Source of the DNA: the human T2T-CHM13v2.0 reference genome, Homo sapiens | Length of the DNA: 64,000 nucleotides | Direction: 5' to 3' (one strand) | NCBI RefSeq assembly: GCF_009914755.1 | Contig: NC_060942.1 | Shown here: one piece after another, positions 50,478-64,000 of the stretch | Position numbering within the stretch: position 1 is the first letter of the stretch | Layout of the letters: the number at the start of each line of letters is the position of its first letter | The notes under the pieces: generated by a model | Database searches by the model: none | The model's input: the letters and a program-made list of their open reading frames with translations, nothing else | Told to the model about the DNA's origin: nothing | Program-made: the position numbers and the translations under genes

Positions 50478-51289
50478 TTAGTCTATTTCAATTTGCCTAT
50501 GTCCTACATAGCTATAGTAGGACATAGACATACTAAAACATAGACACATGATTCGTCTTTTGAGAAACAAAAGAATCTGGCTGTCTAGAAAGCATGCCAG
50601 ATCTAGGTAGGGTCACATACCTCCATGGAATCTGAAGCTCAAAAGGGTGTCTCTGTTTTCAGAGCATTAACCTAGATTTAAAACAGAAGTGGGAATAATG
50701 CAGACAGGATGTGCATCTGAGATCATGAGCTTCTTTTCATTGGCTTGTCCTCTCCACTATTACTACTATTGATACCACTACTGGCAGTACTACTCCTCTG
50801 AATGTCACTAAAATAACCCAGATGCTGTCAGGGTAACTGTTTTCATGACTAAGATCCACTACTTTAGATATAGACCTTATTGACCCACCCAAGCTCCATT
50901 TTATTGTTGTGCACTGACACCCACATCTCTACATTTATCAGTCTTCCCACTTCACTCATAAAGTGGTCTTCTCCAAGAACTGGAATTCTGATCTATCATA
51001 AGGTTAAACTTCTCAATTAAGGTCCTCTGTATAGACATCTTCACTGCAAACAAGAGGTAGAATTTCAAAATTGCAGAAACCAAATAGAAAGTCAAGACTG
51101 GAGAAAGAAACATCCTTTAAAGTCATTTCAGTCAGACCCAGTCCACTGCTGGACTCTCTCTTAAACATTGTTTATTTTTCACCTGACATTCTCTTTTATA
51201 GAAGTCATTTAAGTAACCAAAGATAGTCTTTTCTTATTCTGACTGAACAGTTATATTTTCTACCATTCACGTTGCTAGTGGTAGCAATG

Positions 51290-51405
51290 TACTTTAAAAT
51301 GACGCCATTAAGAACTGGACTTAATTATTTAGATATGGTTGGAGTAGCACAGACCCAAGCAAAACTGCACCTCCTTTGTTTTAGATTATAAGTCTAATTC
51401 AATGA
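51290..51405 (-). mobile_element. L3/CR1 fragment
   Basis: 'agaactggacttaattatttagatatggttggagtagcacaga...cacctcctttgtttta'. Confidence 0.45.
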
Positions 51406-52804
51406 TTAGTTACTTGGATGATAGAATAGGAAGGGGAGAATAAGAATAGGGAGTTGAAATGACAATGATAATTTAGATCATCTGAGCTTAAAATTTAGAT
51501 ATTCTGAGTTCAGCATTATGCTTAGTATCTATATAGTATTTAGGAATTCCAAGACAGTCTTATATTTACTATAAGAGTTGACCTACACACCAAGCCATTA
51601 TGATAGATACGACAAGGTGATAGTTCACACTTGATTTTCTTATGAAACAAAGTATTTCCATGTAATTGCTTAAAGCTGAAGCTACTCTTATCCCATCTTC
51701 CTGGAGCCTAAACCACTAACATAGGTGTATTTCCTTCAAAGACGTCACTCCCACACATCTATCCTTCGCTCCAGTTATTAAACAACGAGATACAGAATTT
51801 GGCAACAAAAAAACACAAGGCACATTTTGACACTTGGGTATCTGAAAAGACAAAATTAACAATGCATTAATGCCATGTAAATCTCACCCCTCTCCTCTTT
51901 CGTTTCAAAATATCATTTTTATTTGGATCACAATTCACTTAAAAATAAGGTCCTTCCTGTCTTTAACATAATGGAATCAGCTTGCTTCCTTATCCTCTTT
52001 CTCTTTCCCTTGTACCCTTGGTCAGTGTATATGTATATGTGTCCCTGTGAATGAAGGAGAAGGGACAGATTTCCCACTTCCACCTCTAGGATTCTGGCTT
52101 TGAGATTAAGACGCCTTAGGAGTGCATGTCTGCATCTGCCTTGGAGGCTGTGTCTATTTGGACATGAAAGCATCATGACCTACTTATATGTAGGCCCCAC
52201 CAGGTGGATCCTCAGATTCACTCCTCTGTTGTTCTGGCTCTCTTGTATCTCTCCAATGTGCCAGATGTTTCTTAAATTGCTCTCTCACTCAGTAAATTTG
52301 AAATCAGTGGTGCTTGGTGGTAAAGGGAGAGGGCTGTTGTTTCTTAATTTTGTTTCCTTCCTTTGAACACTCCTGCCACATCTGTGCACTGACAAAACTA
52401 TCTCAAGTCCCTCCCTCTGTGGCAAATTTTGGTTTTGGGTTCTAAAGTTTCATTAGCCCAAGCAATGTCTCCTGGAAGCTATTTCATTCTTCATAGCTGC
52501 AGGCAGCAGAAGCTAACACTCTCAAAAAATGGAGAAAAGCAAGAATCTTATTGTGGTTTTATAAGTGTCTCTTTGATGCCCCTTTGCAGGTGCGTATATA
52601 AGGCTGCTGAGCTTCAAGAAAAGTTCCATGCTGAATTCCTGTCTGTGGTTTCCTGTAAGCTGCCCCTTCATCTTCCTGGGAACTTATTAACTTTAGCAGT
52701 TATTACAGAGAAGACTCAGTAGCCCACAGAAACCTTCAGAGTAATCAAAATCCCACCAGTTATTTTATGGAAGCATTCTTTGTTGTCCAACTTAATGGAA
52801 GAAG

Positions 52805-52980
52805 TGTACAATATAGTGGAAACAGTATTTCAGGAAAACTGAATGTGATTCTAAGCCATTCCACTAACCAGCTGCATGATACTGAGAAAATTATTTAACA
52901 TCTCTGGAGCCAGTTTTTTCATCTTAAAAAAAATAAAGAGTTGAGTCTATAATCTCTATGCTTTCTTCCAAGTTTACCAA
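52805..52980 (+). mobile_element. MIR/MIR3 SINE
   Basis: 'ccactaaccagctgcatgatactgagaaaattatttaacatctctggagccagttttttcatct'. Confidence 0.65.
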
Positions 52981-53939
52981 CTTATATCTTTTATTAATCT
53001 AATTAATATTTATTGCCTGCTCTTTTCTACCACACTTTATGCTGGATGACTCTAGAGAAGTAATGATATATAAAATGCAGTATCCAACCTCAAAGCATAT
53101 AGTTTAATTGGTGTAAAAACTGTATGAACCAATAAATAAGTGTAATTCATGATGTTGAGTATTATAAGCAAGATTCCTGGTAAGGTAAGGTAGTTGAGGA
53201 ATTCCTAATTCAGATTGTGGGGAGAAAGTGAATAATGAACATTGGATTCTATTTACTTTTCCATTTCTCAATTGTTCAAGAAAGAGTAAATTACAATCAT
53301 ATTACGTATATATATAAAATACAGTTGTTAGTGGTAATTGTTACAGGGTTATTGAAATTATGTACTGGTGCTAGATATTATAATGAACCCTTAGCATGTG
53401 TTACTGCTTTTAAAATTAAAATAATTATGAGGTAGGTACCATGTTTGGTACTTAACTCTAGCTGCTGAAACAAACGTTCTAAATGTTAGTAGTGTAGATT
53501 TGGAAGCTTTCTGCCAATTGATAACTCAAGGTTCAGCTGATTGCATCTTTGTCATCTCAGATGCATAACCTCCAGTTTCTTGCAGAGAAGACAGAGAATC
53601 AAGTCTCATTCCTCACAATGCTCTTAGTCCCACTTCCCATTTCATAAATACTGACCTGGTTGTAGCTCTATGAATAGCCATATTATTTCATTTATCCTCT
53701 CTTTACACATACTACATGTTTAATCTGAAAGTGATTTTTCCTTCTTCCCTCTTAGCAAATTCCTATTCTTTCTCTTGCAAATAATTTTTTAACTATTGTA
53801 TACATTTCTAGGACTATAGGAAATTTGGTTCTTCTTGTGTGATGCTAAGTGGCAAAAGCCAGACTCACAGTCAGGCCAACACACACGTATTATCCTCTTC
53901 CCAAATGTACATTGTTTTCATTTGACTGAATGTGTCAAA

Positions 53940-54250
53940 AATCACACTCATCTTTCACTATACCTTTCCTTTCATGATCCTTACTATTTGTTGATAGCAT
54001 GATTTTTCTTTCCCTGACATATGGGCCTGACTCCTTATGCCTTGAAACTGACTTTTTAATGATACTGATGGTGTTCTATCTGCAACATAGCTCATGTTTA
54101 TACTTTCTCCTCTTTCCCATGGCCATGGCCATTGGCATGGTTCAGGTCCCTGTCACCTCTTTCTCTGATGATTGTAGGAGCTTCATAACCTCTAGCCACT
54201 TCCCTTTTCAATGTGTTTTACTTCTGCTTCCAGACAGTTACATTTCTTTT
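53940..54250 (+). mobile_element. L2 fragment
   Basis: 'tggttcaggtccctgtcacctctttctctgatgattgtaggagcttcataacc'. Confidence 0.45.
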
Positions 54251-54899
54251 TTAGTTTTTATCTCCATAATGCCTTCCATAGTGACTTACAAAGAGAAAAT
54301 GCTTAATAAATTACTTTGCCATTGACAATTACAATGATAAAGATTTATTAAATAATCAAAATAACTATCAGAGCATACTTATAAAGCCTACAAATTATAG
54401 AGGAATAAATGAATGTGATTACCACAAATGAACTTGCAATGTTTTTAGAAATCCAAAGATTTTAGAAGTAACATTAAGAGAACAAGTATAGATAAGTTTC
54501 AGTTGTGTGTGAATGTGTATATCTGTTATGTGCCTAAGCAAGTATGCACACACACACACAGATGAAAAAATCCATCTTGTAATAATAAAACTACTCTATA
54601 TTCAGCCCTCTTTTTCAAACAATGTAAAATTTCTTAGTGAGGTTTATTTCATAAGTCTATCTAAAACCATATTTTAGAAGGTAAATACAAAGGAAATATA
54701 TAAGAAGGGCTCTGATCAGAAAAAGCAAAAGGAAGGACTCTATTTTTCTGCCTAAACTATATGCATATTTTTACCAGTGACTCGATTCTCAATCAATCAA
54801 TGAACATTAAGCCCAGAACTGCATGAGACATTCTAGGGTAAAGAATAAAGTAAATTATATTTTTAAAAAGCCTTTAAAAATTAATATTCACACCTTCAT

Positions 54900-55810
54900 G
54901 TGAAAAGAACTTTCAAAACATGGTGTGAAACCAGAAGTTTTAAAAAAAGATACTGAGACATTCAACTAAATAAAAATGTAAAACTTTTTTTTTAAGCATG
55001 ATATAAGTTAAAGACAAGTAACAAAATGGAAACTAGTAAGAGCAACATAAATAAAAAAGACTAATATCATTAATATACAAACAGTTGTCATAAATCAATA
55101 AGAATGCTCCAGGAGAAAAATCAGCAAAGAATATAAATAGGCAATCCAAAGAAGAATAATTATAAATGACTTTTAAATGCATGAAAAAACATTCAATTTT
55201 ACTAGTCATGAAGGAAAAACAAATTAAAACAAGATATAATTTTTCACCTGTCAAATTGGCAAAGATCTAAAACAGATACTGTTCACTTTTGGCAGGAGTT
55301 TAGATAAACAGGCTCTCTCGCATACAGCCACTGAAAGAATTTATTCCACTTTTTTGGAAGGCAATTTCTCTTTATATCTTAAAAGTATTAAGAGTTTACA
55401 TAAAGTTGGTTTACTAAATTAAATAAGAATTTAATAATTATTAAAGAAATGATTTGACAAATTTTAAAGGACATGTGTATAAGGATTTGCACTGTGCCAT
55501 TATTTACAATAGCAAACAATTAGAGATAATCTTAATGTTCAATAATAGGAAATTGATTAATACATAACTATAAAAATGACTTGGATCTACATCTTTTGGC
55601 AAAGGAAGATGCTCATGATGTACTAATAATGAAATGGAAAAACAGACTGGATAATAATATGTGAAATATTTATTTTTAGGAAATTTACATATAAATAAAT
55701 TTCTGGAAAGATTTATACAAAATATAAGGGAGTTGAAGCCTGAATGAGTCATTTACCTGTGATTTTCTCTGCTCTTACCAATATTTGAATTTTTCAGCAT
55801 AAATACAGGC
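54900..55810 (+). mobile_element. L1ME4-like 3' region
   Basis: 'caaattaaaacaagatataatttttcacctgtcaaattggcaaagat', 'attatttacaatagcaaacaattagaga', 'aatgttcaataataggaaattgattaa'. Confidence 0.7.
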
Positions 55811-55848
55811 CATATATAAAGTATATATAATTCATGCTATAGTTTTGA

Positions 55849-56540
<692 letters not shown>

Positions 56541-59500
56541 TTCAGATACCTCCCCTAAGAGGCTTGACACCCACCGTTAGAAACTGCGGACCAAGTCAGA
56601 ATAGGAAAAAAGGTAAATGAAAAAAAAAAAAAAAAAAAAAAAACTTAAGAAAAGGAAAACATCTGTGAGCGAGAATGATGAACTCAGGCTTCACAGAAAA
56701 GACAGGACTTGCTGTAGATCTGTGAATTTTTGATAACCAAAGAAGTAGGAGGGAAATCTAAGCGCTATAAAGTGAGAGAAAGTTTCCTCTTAATGGTTTA
56801 CTTTTCAATTCAAAAAAGGAATAGAGGGGAATTTAAATTTGCCTTTCTTCACATTCATTCTTATATCCTTTTCACTCCCTTTCTGCCTTCTTGCAATCTT
56901 TGCTGCTTTGGGAAATGCCAAAAAAATAAATAAATAAATAAATAAACCATTGTTTTGTGGCCATTATTTAAGGTGTTAACAGTGTTACTTTTTTCAATAT
57001 TTTTATTGGTGTTAGTCCCTAAACTATTTCCTTTATATAGGTTTCAAATTCTCAGTTAGGCTACAAACAGCTTAAAGCCAATGACACATCTTTAATTTCC
57101 TCATCAGCTCTTCCCATGCCCTTTACCACATAAGAATTCATACCATGCCTAAAATATTGTTTCGGCTTAAGTAAATGTTGTTGTTTATTATTATGTGGTG
57201 ATTAGTCTTTCTGAGATAGCATCACACTTTTACCCTATGCCATACATAAAGGCCTACACCCTATCCTAATTGTCATACTAGGAGAAGGAATCAGGTCGCA
57301 GTGTTGTCATTGCTGAAGTCCGTCCATGTTCCTTTCAGTTGTAGACAAACTCTTGTACAGCTTCTTCTTCCTCCCTACTGTGGCTTTCATGAAATTCTCA
57401 GTGGGAGATAATAGGGATCATTCTCTCCCAATGGATAGGTATAGCTCTTAAGGCAAGAGCAAGGGAAATGCTGGAGGCCACTGAGCCTCCAATGTAAGAG
57501 TTGCTGCCAGTCGCACTCACATTAGCCTCTCTCATTCTTTCTCCTATAAGACCTTTTCCCTTCTTCTGACACACTGGAGGTTCTACAGAATAATCCCTCA
57601 CTTCAAAATTGTGAACTTATGATTCTCAAATCCAGGGATCTGCTCTGGCTGATCCAAGGGCCCAGATGATTTTCCTTTTTCCTTCATGATCATCCCAACT
57701 GAAGAGAATGACAGAGCAGCAGGAGGAGATTATCATACTTGGCTGATGTGGCTCCTTCACACTAGAAGGGGTAAAGGGAACAGCTGGTGCCTCTGTAGAG
57801 GTTTGAAGATGGGTTTTCATTGCTTGTTGCCATCAGGAGTGACCAAGGAATGATGACTGACTCATGACCCTCCATCTGGGGCCTCGGAGCCCAGCACCTG
57901 ATTTGATTACCACATTGCATTTATCTTGCCAAGATATGTCAAGGGGACAGTTTTTGGAAAAAAAATATGTATTAAGCAAAAACTGTACACCCAATATACC
58001 TCATCTTTACACTCAATACCCTTCCCTTAGTCATTTTCCTCACTACTCAACTTTGTATCTAGTCCTATTCCTGTGTCCTAAAATAAATGTTCATTTATAA
58101 TAAGATATTTGCATATCCAGTGAGAAAGGCTTTCTTATCAAAAGAGGTTTTAGAATAAACTAAGTGGTAACTATGATTGCAAACTAGGTAGGCTGTTGAC
58201 ATATTGAATTAGGAGACCTTCTAAGATCCCACCACATAAACAAAATTTTCTTATTCAGTATGACCCTGAATGATTTCACAAACCAGAACTACCCATGGCC
58301 TGAATCCATTACCTACCCATACCTTATTTTTAATGTATTTAGGAAATATAAATTAAAGCTACATTGATTTTTTTTATAAAAATTTAATTTGAAAAACTGG
58401 CATTATGAATGCAGTGCTGAAAAACAATTTATATTCCTAGTTGCTACTCAGACAACTACTTCCACTCAATACCACTGGAATGAGACAGGTGGGCAACATC
58501 AATCTTCTCCCCTGGAACTAGTAGATATTAACCAACCTCTAGAGGCAGAAAGGGGCTCCAAAATTTGCTAATAGAAGGGTAAAGCTTAACTGAGATAGAA
58601 AGCTGGCTAGATACTGAGCCTTCAGCAAAGAAGATGGGGGCAATGATACAGAGGGAAATTTTCGTTGTGGGATGTAAGATCAGAAATGATGAATGGTCAA
58701 AGAACTTTTGCCAAAATGGCCTAGACCCTAAACACATTATTTTCTCTATTTTTCTCCATAGTAAATTTAAGCACTTGATTAGTGTCTCATCAACAATATC
58801 ATATCACAATTCACCAGTGGGTTACTACAGAGGTTGTCTGATATGATATCTCAGGAAATAGTGATGTAATACTGAGTTTCTATGACTCCCTTTTATTAAT
58901 GACTGACTTCTCATCTCATGGTTTGTATATTGAGCATCATGGGTATTGTTAACTGTCCCTGGAACCTGATCTTCACACGGAGTCAGAATATGTGCTCTCT
59001 GAGAAGGTTAATCACACAAACGCTCTTTGACTTCTTTCTCATGAATGCCACATCCTCCTCAGAACCAAGCCCACGACTGACTGACAAGCCCAATGGAGAA
59101 AGAGCAGAAAACAGGAAAACATGTATTACACATTGCCCTGCATTCATCAGACTGCCCTTCAGAAAGGGGAAATAACAAAGAGTGAATGGTGGGAAGTCAT
59201 TTTATCTGCTAGAAAAATATGCCCTGTTCCCTACTCAAAAAACAAGTGGTTGTGAAGCAACCGCATTATTTAAAGCTACAAGGCAAACAGGAAGAGGCAA
59301 ACCAAACAGGCAGACCCTGAGAACTTCCCGCAAGTGCTCCCCTCAGCTGGGCTGGTTTGCAGTCTGATGGGCATGCTGACAGGCTCCAGTGGTTGCTGTG
59401 AACCCAGAGCATTCTTGACGAGAAAGGAAAGAGGAAAAGAAAGTGCCAGTTCCTCTTTAGCAAGCTATTTGGAAAACATTTGCTAATTCAAAGGAATAAT

Positions 59501-59949
59501 AATGATTTCTAGAACCAACAACCATTAGTGTAAGCATTAACATCTGAGAAAGAAACCCAATGCTAAAATGCAAGCTTGAAGAGTAAGGAATTGCCCAAGA
59601 ATAGGAGGTAGAAGAAAGTTGTCTACAAAACCCAGAAGAAAGGTGGTGCTTAAAATTAATTGACAACACAAGTGACTATACTGGCCAAAGAATGATCATT
59701 GGAACTTTAAAAGTTTACAGGTTGGGCTCAATGAGTCCCCAGTTTTGAAATATTTGATATGAGCGGACAGATATTCCAGGAACTGTGTGGGATGACACTC
59801 TTGGCCTCAGCTCCCCATTTTAGCCACATTTGAAATACCTAGAACTATATCTCAAGATAGCCTCTGAGCTAAGTTGTTATTTTGTTGCTTCACAACTCAA
59901 CCTCAGTTCTGAGAACAGAAGTAGATAAATGTTGTGGCCACAAAGCAAT

Positions 59950-60110
59950 TCAGGTATTATTCTTAATCCTTACCATGGTCTAAGAGTTAAGCGTCAATGT
60001 CATCATCTTACAAACGAGGGTACTGACACTTGGATAATTGTCCCACCATCAGAGAGTCAGTTACAGCGAAGTCCATCTGATGATATACCCCCTCTTTCTT
60101 CTGTACCATG
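59950..60110 (-). mobile_element. MIR SINE
   Basis: 'catcttacaaacgagggtactgacac' antisense core. Confidence 0.45.
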
Positions 60111-61029
60111 GGATAAAACACATTTAGGGGACAGTAGAGAGATGATGCCCCTAAATCATCATTTCTCATGGCAAAGAAACAGAATTTTCTTTGGGCCAGA
60201 GTGAGCAGTCACAGGGGACAAGTCCTACCCTTGGACATAATGAGAAGTTTGAGTCTGCAGCACTCACAGATCCTAGAGATTCACCAAGAGGTGGGAGCCA
60301 AAGACCCTTGCTTTCCAGAGATGGATTACATAGAAAAATGTGCCACTTGGCTGACAATGATATTAGTGTATGTTTTCCCATTTCTCTCACTCCTCTGACA
60401 AGATGTAGTGTCACTGAGAACCAAATTAACACACCGGGAGGCTTTGTCATTAAAGAAATACAAGTTCGCTTTGATTATTGCTGGCAAGAGAGCAGAGTGT
60501 GTGGTGCAAACAGCAGTCCTATTCTCAGAACTAATATTCTTGCAGACAGCACAGCTCTGTCTCAGTGTATCTTGAATTGGAAGATGGGGTGTAATTTTTC
60601 AAATCTAGAGGGACAAAATGATTTCCAAGCTAGGTACTTAAAGGTATAGGCAGCCATAGATCGCAATGAACACAGCTGTCAATGTTGCCATAATCATAAA
60701 AAAAGGGAGAGACAGAAAAAAACGTGAGCAAGGAGGGAGAAAATCACAAGAAGTGTTTCTAGCTATGTATGTATGAACTGAATATGCTATTTGTAAGATT
60801 AAGCTAGAAAGACACTTAAGTAGAGGGTAAAAATAAAATGTACTTATATGAAAGAAGTTATCAAATATAATCAGGCAATTTACTGGAAAAGCTTTAAGAG
60901 TCTTAATTTCATTGTTGTAAATGTTGTTGTTTGCCTTTGCATTCAAATTAAGGTGTTACCATTTTCGTGTTTTTTTTTTAATTTACTTATATTTGCTGTT
61001 TGCTGTTTTGCTGTTTGACTGGAATCTGT

Positions 61030-61270
61030 TGATTATGGAGAAACTGGTCCTAGACCGGGAATCAAATACCCAGCGTGTTTATTTTCCTCATTCATTACCG
61101 TTTAATAGATTATTCTTTGGAGCCTCAGTTTTATCACCTGAAATTTGGAAGAATAATGTCTGTATTGACAACTCTACAGAAGATTGTGTATATCAAATGA
61201 GAGAATTAATCAGAGAGCACACTGGACGTGGATTGCCTGGTCTTCCCAAGGCTGGTAGTGTCTCAATATG
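61030..61270 (+). mobile_element. MIR SINE
   Basis: 'gagcctcagttttatcacctgaaatttggaagaataatgtctg...agattgtgtatatcaaatgaga'. Confidence 0.65.
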
Positions 61271-62026
61271 CACCACACTATTGAAATCACATTGATACCT
61301 GGAGAAAAAGGAAGATCAGTGTGGGATAAAGCGGAAATGTAAAAGGGCTGTCCATTCCCTCAGAAATGGATGGTATGTTTTGTTTTGCCACCTGAAATAG
61401 CAAAATCATTGAACTCTTCTGAAACCTAATTCACTGCTTACATCCCAAGACTGGAGGACACATCAGCTGTGCCTACATCACATAAAATAAAGATAAGCAG
61501 TTCACATAATTGTCTCAATTTATTGTCCTACAAATCAGTGTGATATTTAGTCTTTAAGGAAATGGTAATTACACCCATCACAAAGCAGTTTGGATCTGAA
61601 AAATAATCTGAAAGGACGTAACCAAAAGCAAAGACTCAGAGGAAGCTTTATGTCCCTAAAATAAAACACTTCAGATTCGTGTGAGAGAAAAAAAAAAAAA
61701 AAGATCTCCCACACAGACGACCAAACAATGGGAAACGATGACTATGGAACGAGTTCTTTCCAGTTCTGGAAAGCATAATGGTAATAAGAGTTAACAATTA
61801 GTCAATCCCTGTCAACTAGTAGGAGGAGGTATGTAGGGAAGAAGTCAAGCCTAAAAGAATCAGGTCCCAGGACCAGGGTCAGGCAGAATGGGTGGAGAAA
61901 CATCAACCACAGCAAAATGTAACAAACAGTTGATATTAGTGATATGATTCAGACTTTTAAAAAATAACTTGACAGTTATATTTTATTTTAATCTCCCCAA
62001 AACCCTGTGAAAGTGTCAGCCCAGGG

Positions 62027-62064
62027 CAAAAACAAACAAACAAACAAACAAACAAACAAAAAAA
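62027..62064. repeat. (CAAA)n microsatellite
   Basis: caaaaacaaacaaacaaacaaacaaacaaacaaaaaaa. Confidence 0.9.
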
Positions 62065-62804
62065 CACCACCACACTGTAAGGAAAAAATGTTTTTAAAAG
62101 TTTAAGCAATTTTTCCACAGATCCCAGGGATATGACCGACCGAGAGAAACTTTCTTTAAAACAGTTCTTATAATCACAGTCTTCAGTTGAGCTCCATGGG
62201 AAAGGCTTAAATTTAAATTATTACATTGCTGCAAAAACATGAATAGCTGAAAAAGAACTTGTGAAAATGATGCTACTGCAACTAACTGATTGATTATGGA
62301 CTGTCATACGAAAATTTTAGCCATAAAAATGGATTTCTTGGACCATTTTAGCACACATCTATTACCAGATAAATGGTAGAAGTGGGACTCATTTCATATC
62401 AACATAGAAGGAACAAGTATTTAGGTAAACTGGCCAATAAATCCAGAATACTGGACAAGAAAACAGCTACAGAGGAATAGGTGTTTCTCTAGCAATATAC
62501 AACAACTACACATCTTGAGCGCAAAAGCAGCATTCCTTGAACAATATTCCCCTTAATATGCTTATTTCCAACTCATATAATGGATTTGAAATCTAAGTAA
62601 AAGTTTGTAAAACTAGAACTTTATTCCTTTATAATTGAAATTAACCCAAACCTCAATTCTCATTTCCAATAATTATGGAAAACTGAGCAACTTGAGTAGA
62701 ACTAGTCTCTTTCAGTTTATAACACAGTATCAAAGGAATCAACTCTCTGCCTTTACATTCTCTCTGAAATGAACCATCATTATTCCTTGGGAGTGTAAGA
62801 TCTT

Positions 62805-63780
62805 CATTTTGGTGAAGTTCAATTGATCATTTTTTTATTTTATGTTTTGTTTGCTTGGTGTCATTGCTAAAAAGTTCTTGTCTACTTCAAGGTCATAAAG
62901 ATGTTTGCTTATTAAATATGTTTTTTAAATGTGTTTGATTTTTTCAAATGTTTGGTTTTCAAAATATGTTTTATTTTTAATTTTAAAAAGTTTTATGTCT
63001 CAATCTATGATCCAGCTCTAATTAATTTTTGTGTGTGGTGTGAGATTGGGGTCAATGTTCACTTTTTCCTATAAGTTTATCCAACTGGACTTAGAGGCTC
63101 GGAATGGGGAGCATGGCCAGGGGGCTAGTGATAAAAAAAAAAAACAAAAAAACTACACATTAGATACAATGTACACTACTCTGTTGACAGATCTACTAAA
63201 ACCTCAGAGTTCACCGCTGTATAATTTATCTATGTAACAAACCACTTGTACCCAATTGACTATGGGTCAATTGATATGTGGGTTTGCATCTAGATTCTCC
63301 ATTTTGTTTCTTTGTTTTATATATATATAGTTATACATAAAATATATATACATATTTTATGTATAACAAAAAATATATATATACAGATATATATAAGATA
63401 TATATATCTGTTCTTACACAAATACCACATGTTCTTAATTACAGTAGCTTTGTAGTAAGATTTTAAATTAAGTGGTTTAAATACACTGTTATTGTTTCTC
63501 AATATGTGTTATGAGTTATTCTAGGTCTTTGCAATCCTGTATAAATTGTATAATCATCTTTTTATTTTGTAAAAAAAGAATTTAAAGATCTATTAGAATT
63601 TTGTTGAATCTATAAATCAACTACAGGAAATATCTACAATATTGACTCTTCCAATCAATGAACATGGCATATCTCATCATTAGTTTAGCTCTTTAATTCA
63701 TCTAAGGCATATCTTATAGGCTTCGGTGTAGACATCTTACTTCCCTTTTATTATACATAATCCTGACGATGTATTTATTC
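62805..63780 (-). mobile_element. L1M ORF2 fragment (antisense), interrupted
   Basis: 'caaggtcataaagatg', 'ttaatttttgtgtgtggtgtgag', 'attacagtagctttgtagtaag', 'cttccaatcaatgaacatggcatatctc'. Confidence 0.75.
63087..63255 (+). mobile_element. L1PB-like 3' end fragment inside the antisense L1
   Basis: 'aactacacattagatacaatgtacactactc...ttcaccgctgtataatttatctatgtaacaaaccacttgtaccc'. Confidence 0.7.
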
Positions 63781-64000
63781 ATTTATAAATATTTTATATG
63801 TGTACATATATATACATACACATATATAATTTTTTTCTAAATCTTATGAGAGAAATTTGCTGATATGATGCCCCTTTAGTGCTACTTTATTTAGAATGCA
63901 TTTTCTATAGTACAAAGAAATCAAAATATATTGAGAGTATACTTCCTAAATTGCAAATAACTACAAAGTACAAATAATGACAAAGTTAAAATGATGAGTA

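Noticed and set aside
56620-56643. Isolated poly(A) run as a retrocopy tail
   Set aside because: No upstream poly(A) signal with recognisable body and no TSD found
57290-57840. Purine-rich minus-strand segment that looks coding-like (possible third pseudogene)
   Set aside because: All three frames were translated and no protein family was recognised; stops in every frame; no poly(A) or TSD. A tBLASTx search would settle it.
60191-61295. 152-aa and 124-aa ORFs
   Set aside because: Non-ATG or low-complexity starts, no recognisable domain, and the second runs into a MIR

Overview
AT-rich, CpG-depleted primate (most likely human, given an AluYa5-type insertion) non-coding genomic DNA with no intact protein-coding gene, RNA gene or CRISPR array. 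The ORFs in the track are either repeat-derived (Alu, THE1-internal, L1) or chance ORFs. Much of the window is interspersed repeats (L1, L2, CR1/L3, MIR, Alu, MaLR/ERV LTRs, hAT and Tigger DNA transposons), including one full-length THE1D element. Two decayed gene fossils, both on the minus strand about 20 kb apart, are visible by manual translation. The first is a MARK2-like kinase pseudogene (5801-6392) that has lost the kinase domain and the spacer. The second is an intron-containing SPATA31/FAM75-family pseudogene (about 26900-29398, with 5'UTR/promoter continuing past 31760); it has internal deletions and the THE1D is inserted 15 bp upstream of its ATG. Other points of interest are a long G:U-compatible hairpin (10971-11110) and a young AluYa5-like element (50127-50452). 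Family and subfamily calls rest on recalled consensus and protein sequences, not on database searches, and boundaries of old repeats are approximate.
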